Shown: positions 50,265-59,634 of the stretch, piece by piece | Layout of the letters: every line of letters starts with the position of its first letter | How positions within the stretch are numbered: position 1 is the stretch's first letter | IMG/VR virus record: IMGVR_UViG_3300043464_002317 | Location: 17,323 to 81,322 of that record | Source: a virus | Reading direction: 5' to 3' (one strand) | Length of the DNA: 64,000 bases | Notes under the pieces: generated by a model | Told to the model about the DNA's origin: nothing | Database searches by the model: none | Seen by the model: the letters and a program-made list of their open reading frames with translations, nothing else | Program-made: the position numbers and the translations under genes

Positions 50265-50306
50265 TTGTTATAAAGTTTGAAGTTTGAACAAAAAATGTTA
50301 TTTTTA
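50255..50306 (+). promoter_or_regulatory. Putative late promoter
   Basis: CAAAC-N7-GTTAT (50255-50271) and TATTTTTA (50299-50306); aligns with the 31644 promoter. Confidence 0.6.
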
Positions 50307-50323
50307 CTCCAAAATATTTAATA

Positions 50324-53300
50324 ATGGCATGTGTATATACCTATAATGGTGTAGATTTTGAAACTAAAGAACAACTCAAAGCAGCTGTAGAAAAAGATAT
50401 GCAACTCGGTTTCAAAGATGGAGTTATTAATCTACAAGGCGAGGACGTTGAATGGCAAAAGACAATTATGAAAGCCGAAGCAAAAAAAGCTTTTGGAACA
50501 TCTGAATTTATGTCTTTTGAAAAACAAGAAGATGGTACATACAATGTTTTTATTGACAAGAAAAGTTTAGATGAGCTGGCAGGAGATACTAAAACATTTA
50601 CTACAGAAAATGGCGAAAAAAAGGATTTTAGCATAAAACAACTTATTAACGACTTAGTTAGAAACAATAAACTTCCAGATATACGTAATGCTGTAGATAA
50701 TATGATTAATATTTTATCTACAGAGTACATTAAAAAAATGGAACGTCAAGCTCAAACTTCAAACAGGCAAAACTTAACAGAAGACGAGCTTGCTGGAAAA
50801 TTACTATCGTTTGCCGAAAAACTCGGTATTAGTGTTACTACTCTTACAAATTATTTGGATAGTTATTCTAACCGAGTAAATACAGAAACAGCCGATATTA
50901 AGTCTTTGGCAGATTTACTTAACAAAGTTATAGCAGTATCAAATACTGGAGATATATCACAATTATCTGAAGAAATAGCTCACTTTGCTATTGAATATCA
51001 TAATGATAAGATGATTATCTCCAAAATGATAGATAAGATAGACCAAACAACAGCTTATAGAAAATACGCTGAGAATTATAGAGCAATATACTCTGACAAA
51101 TTGTCTGGTGAAGCTTTAGAAAAAAAAGTTAGAAAAGAAGTCCTCGGTAAAATTTTGGCTGAAAAAATACAAGATAACTTTACAGATGAAAATGCTATAA
51201 ACTCTACAGAAATAGGTATATTCAATCAACTGCAACAACTATGGAATGATTTTATTTCTCTTTTTCAAATAAATGATGAAAACCAAAGATTTTTCCAAGA
51301 ATTTGGAGAAGTTTTAGATACATTAGCTGCTGATGTTGTTTTAAATAATGATTCTCGTTTCTCTCCTGTAGAGAGTCGAGAAGTTTATTATATGGCAGAT
51401 GCCAAACAAAGGAATATTCATGACGGTCTTAGAGATTTAATAGAGAGATTAGAAGATAAATATAAAAGTCTTTCTACTCTTCCAAGTTTTGATAGAACAT
51501 TGAGACTCAACGAGTTATCAGACATACAAGAAAAATTACTTCAAGCTAAAACTTATCAAGGAATAAACTCTATTCTCGCCTTAATGAGCGAAGATATTGG
51601 ACGTGTTATTTCTACTTTGCAAAATGCAAAATCAACAGACCCTGCACAGTTTTTTAGAAATGTAGGTAATCTAAATTTGTCTAACCTAATTACGTTTACG
51701 AGTGACTTAGATTATAATCTACAAGTTTTGCGTAATTTCTTGGTAGATAATGATAGTTTAGCTCCAGAACTAACAGCAGAATTGCTTAACAAATTAAATG
51801 GGGTATCATCATCTTTTCAAAATGCAAAACCAGACTTAGATATTATTAAATCTCAGGCTCAACGAAGTGCAATAAGAGACATAGCTACAAGTTATGGTGT
51901 AAAAAATGAAGAAATTTTGCAAGCTTTAGATGATATGTCTAATCGAGTATTTAAAGATGTTAATTGGTTTGTTAAAAACGTCTTCTCGTCAAGAACCGTA
52001 GATAATCCAGTTGTAAAAGCTATTTTTGCAATGGTTGCAAGAGCTCAGAGTATTATAAATACTAAAAATGCTGATTTTGCCAGAGAAATAGTTGATTTCT
52101 TTAATGATTCTAATTTGACGGATGCTGATATTCAAAATCTATACGATAAATATCACATGATAAATCCTTTTAAGTCGGATGTTTACGAAGCATATGAAGC
52201 AGCTAAACAAGCTGTCAGAGATAAATACACACCAGAATCACTTAACAGTATAGAAAATCAAAAAGCTCTTGAAAAAGAGTTAGCGGATTTAGATAAAAAA
52301 TGGATAGTAAGAGAATTTACTGATGAAATATATAAACAGACAGAAAATCTTCATCCCGAAGTTAAGAAGGCAATTTTTCAACGTTCTTCTGCGAGAAACG
52401 AAGTTTATAGACAATATAAAAAAGCAGATGGTTCTATATCTTTAAAAAATATTTCAGTAGCTGACAGACAAAGATTAGAAGATATTGATAGAAGATTTAA
52501 ATCCATGGCTTCTATATGGGATATAAATGGTGAGAAAAAAGAAGGAGTCTCATTATTGATAGCCGAAGGTTTACAAGAATACACTGCATCTTTTAATCCT
52601 GAAAAATTAAAAGAAAAATATGAAGCTGCAATAAAACAAAATCCTCAGAGAGAAGCCGAGCTCAGAAAAGAATTAGAAGACAAACTTAAAGAATTAGAAG
52701 ATAGAAAAGTAAATTCTGGCGATGCAGCATTTCAAAAAGAATTAGAACTTATCAAAAGAAAATATGGCGAAAATTCAAAAGAGTTTCGTGATTGGTTAAG
52801 TGTAAATGGTTTTGAAACTTATGATGATTCTGTGCTTAATGCATTAGAATCAGAAGGAGCAATCGTAAACGAAGAACAAACAGCTAAAAAGATAAATGAT
52901 TCTCAAAAACGAGCACTAATAAAAAATTTAGGTCTTAAAAATAATGCAACATTTTCAGAGATATACACAGCGTTACTTGAAAAAAGACGAGAAATTATAA
53001 AACCATATAAAAAATCTGGATTATTTAATCAGATTGATGGTAATGTAGTTTCAGCTATACCAGAACTTACACAAACATTAGATGAGATAGCAGCAAAGTT
53101 ATATTTATTTACATTAGAAGATAGTAAACAGACATCAAATATTCAATCTTTAGCTAACGATGCTTTCAAAAGAAAATACGATGAGTTAAATAAGAGCCCA
53201 AATAAGAAAGCTTTATACCAATTTTTAAATAATGTTGGTGTTATGAAGGGTAAAGAGGTAGATGGTTATCCAGTTCCATTAGCTTATCAGTATAGAACTT

Positions 53301-55531
53301 TTCGTTTTGTAGATGAAAAGAGAGCTCCGATTAATAAAGTTTATAAACCTAATTTTACTTGGAACGCTAAAAACGAGATTACACGTACAAAAAACCCTCT
53401 GTTCAATGAAGACTTACGTGGAAAAACAATACAGTTTAACCCAAATTTAACGGAACATGTAAATCAAGAGTTTTTTGATTTATTTGGTATAGATAAAGAT
53501 ACGGATTTTTACGGCACTAAGCAAGGGGCAACTAAAAATCAAGAGCTTTGGGAATTTAGAAAGTTATTGTTAAAACAAAAAGACAAAAACGACACAGAAC
53601 TTAGACGCTTTAACCAATATTTTCAGCTACCACAAGTACTTAAACAGGATGTATTCAGAGAAACAACTGTTAAAGATATAAAAGGCTCTTTAAAAGCAGC
53701 AGCTATACGCCAATTCACCACTCAAAATGAAGGTGAATTCCGAGTGAGCCAAGGAACTGTGCAGAAATTATATGGTCAAAAAGCAAACGACCCACAAGAG
53801 CTCACTAGAGATATGGCTCTAATGTATACAAAGTATAATGAAATGACTGCTAATTATACAGAAAAGTCTAAAATACTTCCAGATGTACTTCTTTTGAAAG
53901 ATAGGTTAGATAATTCAATGTTATTTGAGGGAGGTAAAAAAGGAAAAGAGACTAATCTTTCTCAGATGCTTGAAGGATTTATTGACATGAATATTTATGG
54001 TCAAACATTGGATAATGGTGGTGAATTTGATATTTTTGGATTATCAGAAAAGTATCTTGGTTTCAGATTGTCTGGCTCTAAAATAGCTGATTCTCTTTAC
54101 AAATACATATCCTTTTCAAACTTAGGTGGAAATATATTTGTTCCTGTAGTTGGAGCACTTTCTTCATTTACCAAATCAAATATAGAAGCGTTTGCTGGTA
54201 ATGATATTACATACGAAAACTTTTTATGGGCTAATGGAAAAATATCAAGAAAAGATATTTGGACTTATGCAGGAGAAATAGGAAATTTAGCTCCAACTAA
54301 CGAAGTAAAAAAATTACTAACTTACGCTAAAGTAACTATTTCAAATAAAGAACTTCAGTCTGGTATTACTAGAGGCAGAATGTACAGAACTAACACAAAC
54401 TGGTTCTTTAAACATTACGAGGCTGTTGGTGTTGTTTCTGGAGCTGTTGCTACACTTTCTGTTTTTGATAACTATAGATTAGTTGACGGTAAATTTATTT
54501 CTTTCCAAGAGTTTGAAACAAACAATAAAACTAAACCTGAAAAACAAATAAAGGAAGAATGGGATACTTATAAAGATAAAACATACTATTCTTACCTTGT
54601 AGACGAAGGAGATAAAGCATTATATCTTGATAAAACAAGATTACAGAGTGATGGTTTTGATGTTAAAAATATTGCTACAACCGAAGCTAAAATGGAAAGA
54701 CAAGCAAATCTTTTCCATTCAAAAATAGAAGGTATGATAGACCCTTTAGATAAGGGTATTTATCTTAAAAATCCTATTTTTAAATTCTTAGGTATGCATA
54801 AAGGTTGGTTTACAAATGCTATTCAAGATAGGTATGTAGGTCAACATAAAGACTGGATTAGTGGGAGAACAATTGAAGGTAGTTATAATACTTATGGAAG
54901 ACTTATTAAAGAAACATTAACAAGAGACGATTTAAACGGAAGAGAAAGATTAAAATCTATATTAGAACTTCATCTATCATTAGTTACTTTAGGTATATAT
55001 TCAAAAGGTCTTGAAAATTTAGATGGCTTTGAAAAATCCAACATTAAACTATTAGCAGGAGATATGATGGCTGTAGCTGGATTATTTGCCTTATTTGTTT
55101 TAGCCAATGCAGCAGCAGACGATGATGAAGATGACTATTTGAAACAATATCTTGCCTATATCAGTTCAAGGGCTTTATCTGAACAATTATCTACTACTAT
55201 GCCATTTGCTTTGTCTGAGGTTTATACTATTGTAAACTCACCTGCTGCTGGAGTAGGAATGCTTGAAACAATTACTAAAATACCTCAACTCGTTATAAAT
55301 GGAGACAAAGTGGTATCTTCTGGAGCATATGAAGGTTTAACTCAAAGAACTAAAGAAGTAATGAAATGGACTGTTGTGAAAAACATATGGAATCCTATGA
55401 ACGATAATGCCAGAAATGCTAACTTATATTTTAGAGCTAAAGTTATTGGAACTCCAAACGATATATTGAAAGAACTTCTAAATTATGATGAAGAAGAAGA
55501 CCAAAAGAAGAAACGTAAAAAGAAACAGTAA
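50324..55531 (+). CDS. Giant cargo/ejection protein 3
   Basis: 1735 aa, helical; degenerate zincin (EEIAHF...KEVLGKIL); C-terminal hydrophobic helix followed by DDDEDD; only Cys at residue 3. Confidence 0.65.
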   Translation: MACVYTYNGVDFETKEQLKAAVEKDMQLGFKDGVINLQGEDVEWQKTIMKAEAKKAFGTSEFMSFEKQEDGTYNVFIDKKSLDELAGDTKTFTTENGEKKDFSIKQLINDLVRNNKLPDIRNAVDNMINILSTEYIKKMERQAQTSNRQNLTEDELAGKLLSFAEKLGISVTTLTNYLDSYSNRVNTETADIKSLADLLNKVIAVSNTGDISQLSEEIAHFAIEYHNDKMIISKMIDKIDQTTAYRKYAENYRAIYSDKLSGEALEKKVRKEVLGKILAEKIQDNFTDENAINSTEIGIFNQLQQLWNDFISLFQINDENQRFFQEFGEVLDTLAADVVLNNDSRFSPVESREVYYMADAKQRNIHDGLRDLIERLEDKYKSLSTLPSFDRTLRLNELSDIQEKLLQAKTYQGINSILALMSEDIGRVISTLQNAKSTDPAQFFRNVGNLNLSNLITFTSDLDYNLQVLRNFLVDNDSLAPELTAELLNKLNGVSSSFQNAKPDLDIIKSQAQRSAIRDIATSYGVKNEEILQALDDMSNRVFKDVNWFVKNVFSSRTVDNPVVKAIFAMVARAQSIINTKNADFAREIVDFFNDSNLTDADIQNLYDKYHMINPFKSDVYEAYEAAKQAVRDKYTPESLNSIENQKALEKELADLDKKWIVREFTDEIYKQTENLHPEVKKAIFQRSSARNEVYRQYKKADGSISLKNISVADRQRLEDIDRRFKSMASIWDINGEKKEGVSLLIAEGLQEYTASFNPEKLKEKYEAAIKQNPQREAELRKELEDKLKELEDRKVNSGDAAFQKELELIKRKYGENSKEFRDWLSVNGFETYDDSVLNALESEGAIVNEEQTAKKINDSQKRALIKNLGLKNNATFSEIYTALLEKRREIIKPYKKSGLFNQIDGNVVSAIPELTQTLDEIAAKLYLFTLEDSKQTSNIQSLANDAFKRKYDELNKSPNKKALYQFLNNVGVMKGKEVDGYPVPLAYQYRTFRFVDEKRAPINKVYKPNFTWNAKNEITRTKNPLFNEDLRGKTIQFNPNLTEHVNQEFFDLFGIDKDTDFYGTKQGATKNQELWEFRKLLLKQKDKNDTELRRFNQYFQLPQVLKQDVFRETTVKDIKGSLKAAAIRQFTTQNEGEFRVSQGTVQKLYGQKANDPQELTRDMALMYTKYNEMTANYTEKSKILPDVLLLKDRLDNSMLFEGGKKGKETNLSQMLEGFIDMNIYGQTLDNGGEFDIFGLSEKYLGFRLSGSKIADSLYKYISFSNLGGNIFVPVVGALSSFTKSNIEAFAGNDITYENFLWANGKISRKDIWTYAGEIGNLAPTNEVKKLLTYAKVTISNKELQSGITRGRMYRTNTNWFFKHYEAVGVVSGAVATLSVFDNYRLVDGKFISFQEFETNNKTKPEKQIKEEWDTYKDKTYYSYLVDEGDKALYLDKTRLQSDGFDVKNIATTEAKMERQANLFHSKIEGMIDPLDKGIYLKNPIFKFLGMHKGWFTNAIQDRYVGQHKDWISGRTIEGSYNTYGRLIKETLTRDDLNGRERLKSILELHLSLVTLGIYSKGLENLDGFEKSNIKLLAGDMMAVAGLFALFVLANAAADDDEDDYLKQYLAYISSRALSEQLSTTMPFALSEVYTIVNSPAAGVGMLETITKIPQLVINGDKVVSSGAYEGLTQRTKEVMKWTVVKNIWNPMNDNARNANLYFRAKVIGTPNDILKELLNYDEEEDQKKKRKKKQ

Positions 55532-55534
55532 ACT

Positions 55535-55565
55535 AAAAAGCCTCCGAAATGGAGGCTTATTTTTT
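55535..55565. terminator. Bidirectional terminator at the convergence of the two genome arms
   Basis: AAAAAGCCTCC-gaaat-GGAGGCTTATTTTTT, with A and T tracts on either side. Confidence 0.85.
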
Positions 55566-55890
55566 ATAGGTAAGTTATAAGTTTATTCTTTTTTTCAGCA
55601 TAAGCTATTTCAGCTTGGACTCCTTTAGACTGTATTATCTTATTTATCCCTTCTTTAGGGATAACAACATAAATTTCATCTGCCCAGTCGATAAATTGAT
55701 AGTCTAATTGTTCCCAATAATCCCAACTACCAGATAAACCTAATTTAGCTAACGGATGTGAGTGTGTTATCGGACTAAAAACATTTAAGTTTTTATTGTT
55801 ATTCATTAAGTCAAACGTGGTTTGCGTTGCTTGTTCAAAAGAACTTTCCTCCATACCTGAGTATGGGATTGCTAAATATATTTTTTTCAT
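55564..55890 (-). CDS. Nucleoside 2-deoxyribosyltransferase-like protein (DUF1937-like)
   Basis: KIYLAIPYS, VFSPITHSH, W...D..FI, SKGVQAEI..A; likely start at 55890. Confidence 0.75.
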   Translation of the reverse strand: MKKIYLAIPYSGMEESSFEQATQTTFDLMNNNKNLNVFSPITHSHPLAKLGLSGSWDYWEQLDYQFIDWADEIYVVIPKEGINKIIQSKGVQAEIAYAEKKNKLITYL

Positions 55891-55891
55891 A

Positions 55892-56899
55892 TTACCAGAT
55901 TGGTTCGTTATCATCTTCTTCTTTTTCTAATACTTCGCTTAAAGGTCTAAAATTACTTACTCTAGGTTTTCCAAAAATTCTTTCTCCAAATACATCTTGT
56001 CTATCATATTCTTCTTCAATATTTCTTGATTTTAAATAGTGGTAAAAAGCCACACCAACAGAATCTAATTGACATGTTTTATTCCCTGTAAGCTTAAATT
56101 CAGATACACCTTGGTAAGAGAATCTATCCTGACTAAATACACCGTATTTTTCAATACCCAGCTTATATGGAAGATGTTTCACAACAAGAACATCACATAG
56201 TTTAAATAACGCAGAAGAGCCGTAAATATCCCCTTCTCTTGGAAAATGATTCTTAGGGTCTCCAGTTCGTTCAGCTACCTCTCTATTCAACTGATTTAGT
56301 ACTATAAAAATAATAAAAGGATGAGTCTTTTTCAATTTATTAATAACTGAAATAAGTTTATCCATAGTTAGCTTCTGAGTTTCGCTGGTAACAAGTATAT
56401 TTTCTAAGTTATCTACAGTTACGACTATTTTTTTATTTGGGTAGTTCCTAATCAAACCTTCTATGTCTTCTGCAAAAACATCAGTACTTACAGGTTCTGT
56501 TTGAAAATACATGTTATTACTATTATATCTTTCATATATTTCAAGATATTTATCTTTAGTATCAGAATCTGGCATTTGAAAAAGAACTTCTTTAACTGTT
56601 TTTTTAGTCTTTTTAGCTAAATCTCTCACAACAATTTTAAATAGCTCTAACTCCCAAAGACATTGTAATAATACAACATCTTCATGTTTTACTACATTAG
56701 CGTTTATTTGTTCCAGAAAAAATGTTTTCCCATGCGTAGATAAACCACATATACCTAAAACCGTACTTGGCGTTAATCCTCCTAAAAGATGGTAATCCAA
56801 ATGGGCTATTCCAGTAGATATTGGTTTAACTAAACCGTGCTGGAAATTATGTATTTGTTCTTGAGTTTCTTTAATTAAGTCTTGACTTCTTTTTAGCAT
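55892..56899 (-). CDS. dnaB: DnaB-like replicative helicase
   Basis: STGIAHLD..LLGG, Walker A GLSTHGKT, Walker B VTVDN, LNQLNR, DIYGSS; start ATG 56899 just after a promoter box. Confidence 0.85.
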   Translation of the reverse strand: MLKRSQDLIKETQEQIHNFQHGLVKPISTGIAHLDYHLLGGLTPSTVLGICGLSTHGKTFFLEQINANVVKHEDVVLLQCLWELELFKIVVRDLAKKTKKTVKEVLFQMPDSDTKDKYLEIYERYNSNNMYFQTEPVSTDVFAEDIEGLIRNYPNKKIVVTVDNLENILVTSETQKLTMDKLISVINKLKKTHPFIIFIVLNQLNREVAERTGDPKNHFPREGDIYGSSALFKLCDVLVVKHLPYKLGIEKYGVFSQDRFSYQGVSEFKLTGNKTCQLDSVGVAFYHYLKSRNIEEEYDRQDVFGERIFGKPRVSNFRPLSEVLEKEEDDNEPIW

Positions 56900-56903
56900 G
56901 TTA

Positions 56904-56911
56904 CAAATATA
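56904..56911 (-). promoter_or_regulatory. Bacteroidota-type -7 promoter box
   Basis: TATATTTG on the minus strand 4 nt upstream of the helicase ATG. Confidence 0.65.
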
Positions 56912-56934
56912 CAAAAAAATTTTTAAAATAAATA

Positions 56935-56961
56935 AAAAACGGGAGAAAAAATCTCCCGTTT
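56935..56961 (-). terminator. Rho-independent terminator
   Basis: Minus strand AAACGGGAGA-ttttt-TCTCCCGTTTTTT downstream of the 57604-56969 gene. Confidence 0.75.
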
Positions 56962-56968
56962 GCAAGCT

Positions 56969-57604
56969 TTATACAGCTTGTTCTTCGATTGGTTGTTCTT
57001 TTTTATTTATCTGTTCTAAAAATGCCTCTTTTGTAAGAGTTTTTCCTTCAGATACAAATCTAACATGGTAAGCATTATACAAGTGATTGTATAGCTGTAA
57101 TAGTGGAAGCATCTTTTTAGGCACAGTTGCTAATTCTTTACCCATAACTTCAGATGATTCGGAATCAATTGAGTTTTCAACCATCTTACGGAAGGTAGTA
57201 AAAAATGCTCCATTAATTTCTACTTTAGAATCTTTTTTAAACACACCTAAAGATGCCTTTTGAAATTCTGGCTTATCTTGGTCAGTTTCTGCTACTTCAA
57301 GTAGACCTGCTTCCAAAGCTGGTACATTTACCGTTTTCACCATATAATCAACAAGAGATAACAACTGCTCGTTGAGCACTACTGTACCAGTAATTGAATT
57401 ACTTCCGTCTGATGAAATTACTGGTTTAGTGTAAGAACCAAGAACTCCTCTTACAGTTTTAAAATACTCATTATAATCACTTGCGCCAAGTTCTAATTTG
57501 ACATCTGGTAAGTAAAATGCGTTTTCAAGTTTAGAATCTACTGCTTTCTCAGCAGCTTTCTTTTTAGCATCGAGATTTCTATCTCCCGTTCTTTTTTTGT
57601 CCAT
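56969..57604 (-). CDS. Hypothetical protein, probably highly expressed
   Basis: 211 aa; AAAC-repeat leader like the MCP; own terminator. Confidence 0.6.
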   Translation of the reverse strand: MDKKRTGDRNLDAKKKAAEKAVDSKLENAFYLPDVKLELGASDYNEYFKTVRGVLGSYTKPVISSDGSNSITGTVVLNEQLLSLVDYMVKTVNVPALEAGLLEVAETDQDKPEFQKASLGVFKKDSKVEINGAFFTTFRKMVENSIDSESSEVMGKELATVPKKMLPLLQLYNHLYNAYHVRFVSEGKTLTKEAFLEQINKKEQPIEEQAV

Positions 57605-57620
57605 TTTTGTTTGTTTTTGT

Positions 57621-57848
57621 TTATAAAATAGTTACTAATTTATTTTCTTTATCAGTGAGAAAAATTATTGAAAAAATACTATCTAAATCCTGCATAATTT
57701 TATTCTGCTCTGTATGAAAGTACATAGGAAAGTAATGTACAAAAGTATTATAATCGTATTTCCCCCCTTTATCTTTGTAGTATGAAAAGAATAAATCTAA
57801 GTTTATAGAATTATTTTTTCGCATTTCTAAATATTGTTCTCTTGTCAT
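57621..57848 (-). CDS. Hypothetical protein
   Basis: 75-aa ORF in an operon-like array. Confidence 0.5.
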   Translation of the reverse strand: MTREQYLEMRKNNSINLDLFFSYYKDKGGKYDYNTFVHYFPMYFHTEQNKIMQDLDSIFSIIFLTDKENKLVTIL

Positions 57849-57875
57849 TTCGTTGTAATATTACTCAAAAATTTT

Positions 57876-58151
57876 CTAAAAATCAAATTCTAATTGATTT
57901 ATTTTTTCTTCTCTGAAATGTACATTAATTTTATATTTTTTAATATACTTATGTAATTGATTTACAGTGATTCCTAATTTTTCAGCAACATTTATTTCAG
58001 TTAAATTCCCATTACAAACTAAAGCAATAGCCGATTTTATTAAATCATCAATTTTAACAGAAGCTGTTTGATTTGCATAGAAACTAAATTTTTCAGTATC
58101 TGTGCCGTTAATCGGGTATCCGTCTGGATAAACAGTTTTTACTTGGGTCAT
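57876..58151 (-). CDS. Small helix-turn-helix protein (Fis-like C-terminus)
   Basis: GNLTEINVAEKLGITVNQLHKYIKKY. Confidence 0.6.
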   Translation of the reverse strand: MTQVKTVYPDGYPINGTDTEKFSFYANQTASVKIDDLIKSAIALVCNGNLTEINVAEKLGITVNQLHKYIKKYKINVHFREEKINQLEFDF

Positions 58152-58678
58152 TTTTGTATAATTTTATTTAATTTTTGAATGTAAGACCTATCTTCTGCGT
58201 AACATTGTTGTAATACTTGTAAATACTCTTCTCTTGTTAATTTTGAAGCATATTTTTGTTGCCATAAAACTATATCAATTACAGAGTCATAATAGCTGTC
58301 GTATATAGCATGATTTAAATTAGTACCTACATTTGTAGAAGCCCTTATAAAACTTTGACGCATTCCGAACAAATTTTTGTTTTGTTTAAATACTTCAGAA
58401 CTATAATTTCCACTTTCAAGTTTACTCTGCGCTATCAAAATATCAATATGTTCTGCATTAAGCTTTAATAGTTTAGCTTCTACCCATTCTTCATCTATTT
58501 TTTCATTGTTAGATTTAACAATTATTGGAATTTTTTCAAGTGCTGTATTTACCCTTATTGCAGATGTAAAACCGATAGAACTAAATAAGACAAAAGAAAC
58601 AAATAATATTCCTACATAATGTTTTATATTCATAGGAATATATCTTAATTGTTTATGGTCTATATAATATAATCTCAT
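58148..58678 (-). CDS. Membrane-anchored glucosaminidase (GH73-like) peptidoglycan hydrolase
   Basis: N-terminal TM; AQSKLESG, NLFGM, YAED..Y..KL motifs. Confidence 0.8.
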   Translation of the reverse strand: MRLYYIDHKQLRYIPMNIKHYVGILFVSFVLFSSIGFTSAIRVNTALEKIPIIVKSNNEKIDEEWVEAKLLKLNAEHIDILIAQSKLESGNYSSEVFKQNKNLFGMRQSFIRASTNVGTNLNHAIYDSYYDSVIDIVLWQQKYASKLTREEYLQVLQQCYAEDRSYIQKLNKIIQK

Positions 58679-59043
58679 ACGTTAAAATAATAAGTAAATA
58701 TAGTCTTTTTGTATACAACCATAATCGCTCCAGCTGTTCCATATCTTGTAATAGAAACTCTGCATCTTCTGTTTAGTTCATCTGTTGCTTCATAACTATG
58801 TGAATTTTTATCTGAAGAAATCAATTGATACAAATAGTAAATAGAATTAGCATCGTCATCCGCATATAAATAATATCCTTTTAATACAAAAGTTATATTC
58901 GCATATGTTTTATTAACTACATACCATTTATTTGCATATGTATTAAACTCTGATGTTTCTTCGAGATTTGTTTGTATTACAATTTGACCATAAGATGTTG
59001 CTGTAATAAATAATACAGCTAATAATAGAATTATTTTTTTCAT
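58675..59043 (-). CDS. Exported protein with signal peptide
   Basis: MKKIILLLAVLFITATSYG|Q Bacteroidota-style Sec signal; beta-rich mature part. Confidence 0.65.
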   Translation of the reverse strand: MKKIILLLAVLFITATSYGQIVIQTNLEETSEFNTYANKWYVVNKTYANITFVLKGYYLYADDDANSIYYLYQLISSDKNSHSYEATDELNRRCRVSITRYGTAGAIMVVYKKTIFTYYFNV

Positions 59044-59044
59044 A

Positions 59045-59356
59045 TTAAAATTTTTGTCGGTTATCTGAATTAGGTCTAAATTTATGTAGCAACATTAACA
59101 TCATAATACAACACCCTGCGTGAGCTAAATGAGATAAACCAGTTTCTTCATCATTATCTATCCCACCAAACCAAGCATTAAGATGTCTTTGCAAAGAATC
59201 ATACACTCTGGATAATTTTAGACCTTCACCGTTCATGAAATTGTAGTCTGAGTATTTCTGTGCTCCAAAAGTAAAAACCTGCGCAATCTCTGTTAGCGGT
59301 TCGATAGGTACTAGACTAAATCTGGCTTTACCAGAATCATGTTTTATTGCTTCCAT
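59045..59356 (-). CDS. dATP/dGTP diphosphohydrolase N-terminal-type domain protein (DUF5664-like)
   Basis: KHDSGK.RFSLVP, FGAQKY..YN, SLQRHL, D.ETGLSHLAHA motifs. Confidence 0.85.
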   Translation of the reverse strand: MEAIKHDSGKARFSLVPIEPLTEIAQVFTFGAQKYSDYNFMNGEGLKLSRVYDSLQRHLNAWFGGIDNDEETGLSHLAHAGCCIMMLMLLHKFRPNSDNRQKF

Positions 59357-59634
59357 TTTATTGATTTTAATTTACCTTTCTCTAAGTTTATGTAATCATT
59401 CATAAAATTCAGCAGTATATTAATTTGAATTGCCAAAGAATAATCTACTTTTTTACCTATTTTTTGAGAGAATTTAAAACCACTCCCAGTGTCTATCGCT
59501 GTTAATACCGTCTTTTCTCTAATTGTAGAATACCAAACTTCGGAATTTGAGTATTTTAAAATATGAGTTCTTTTTTCTTCATCGTAAAAGTAATCATAAT
59601 CGTATTCTGAATCTACAAAAATAGGAGTATTCAT
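59344..59634 (-). CDS. Hypothetical protein
   Basis: 96-aa ORF overlapping its neighbours. Confidence 0.5.
   Translation of the reverse strand: MNTPIFVDSEYDYDYFYDEEKRTHILKYSNSEVWYSTIREKTVLTAIDTGSGFKFSQKIGKKVDYSLAIQINILLNFMNDYINLEKGKLKSIKWKQ

Noticed and set aside
862-50730. Many short minus-strand ORFs opposite structural genes (e.g. 13345-14010, 39813-40196)
   Set aside because: Antisense shadows of biased coding sequence; no leaders or motifs
14690-56965. Upstream non-ATG or extended starts in the ORF track (14690, 17342, 18753, 55914, 56965; also 2043 and 59975)
   Set aside because: Extensions run through promoters, terminators or neighbouring genes; downstream ATGs fit better
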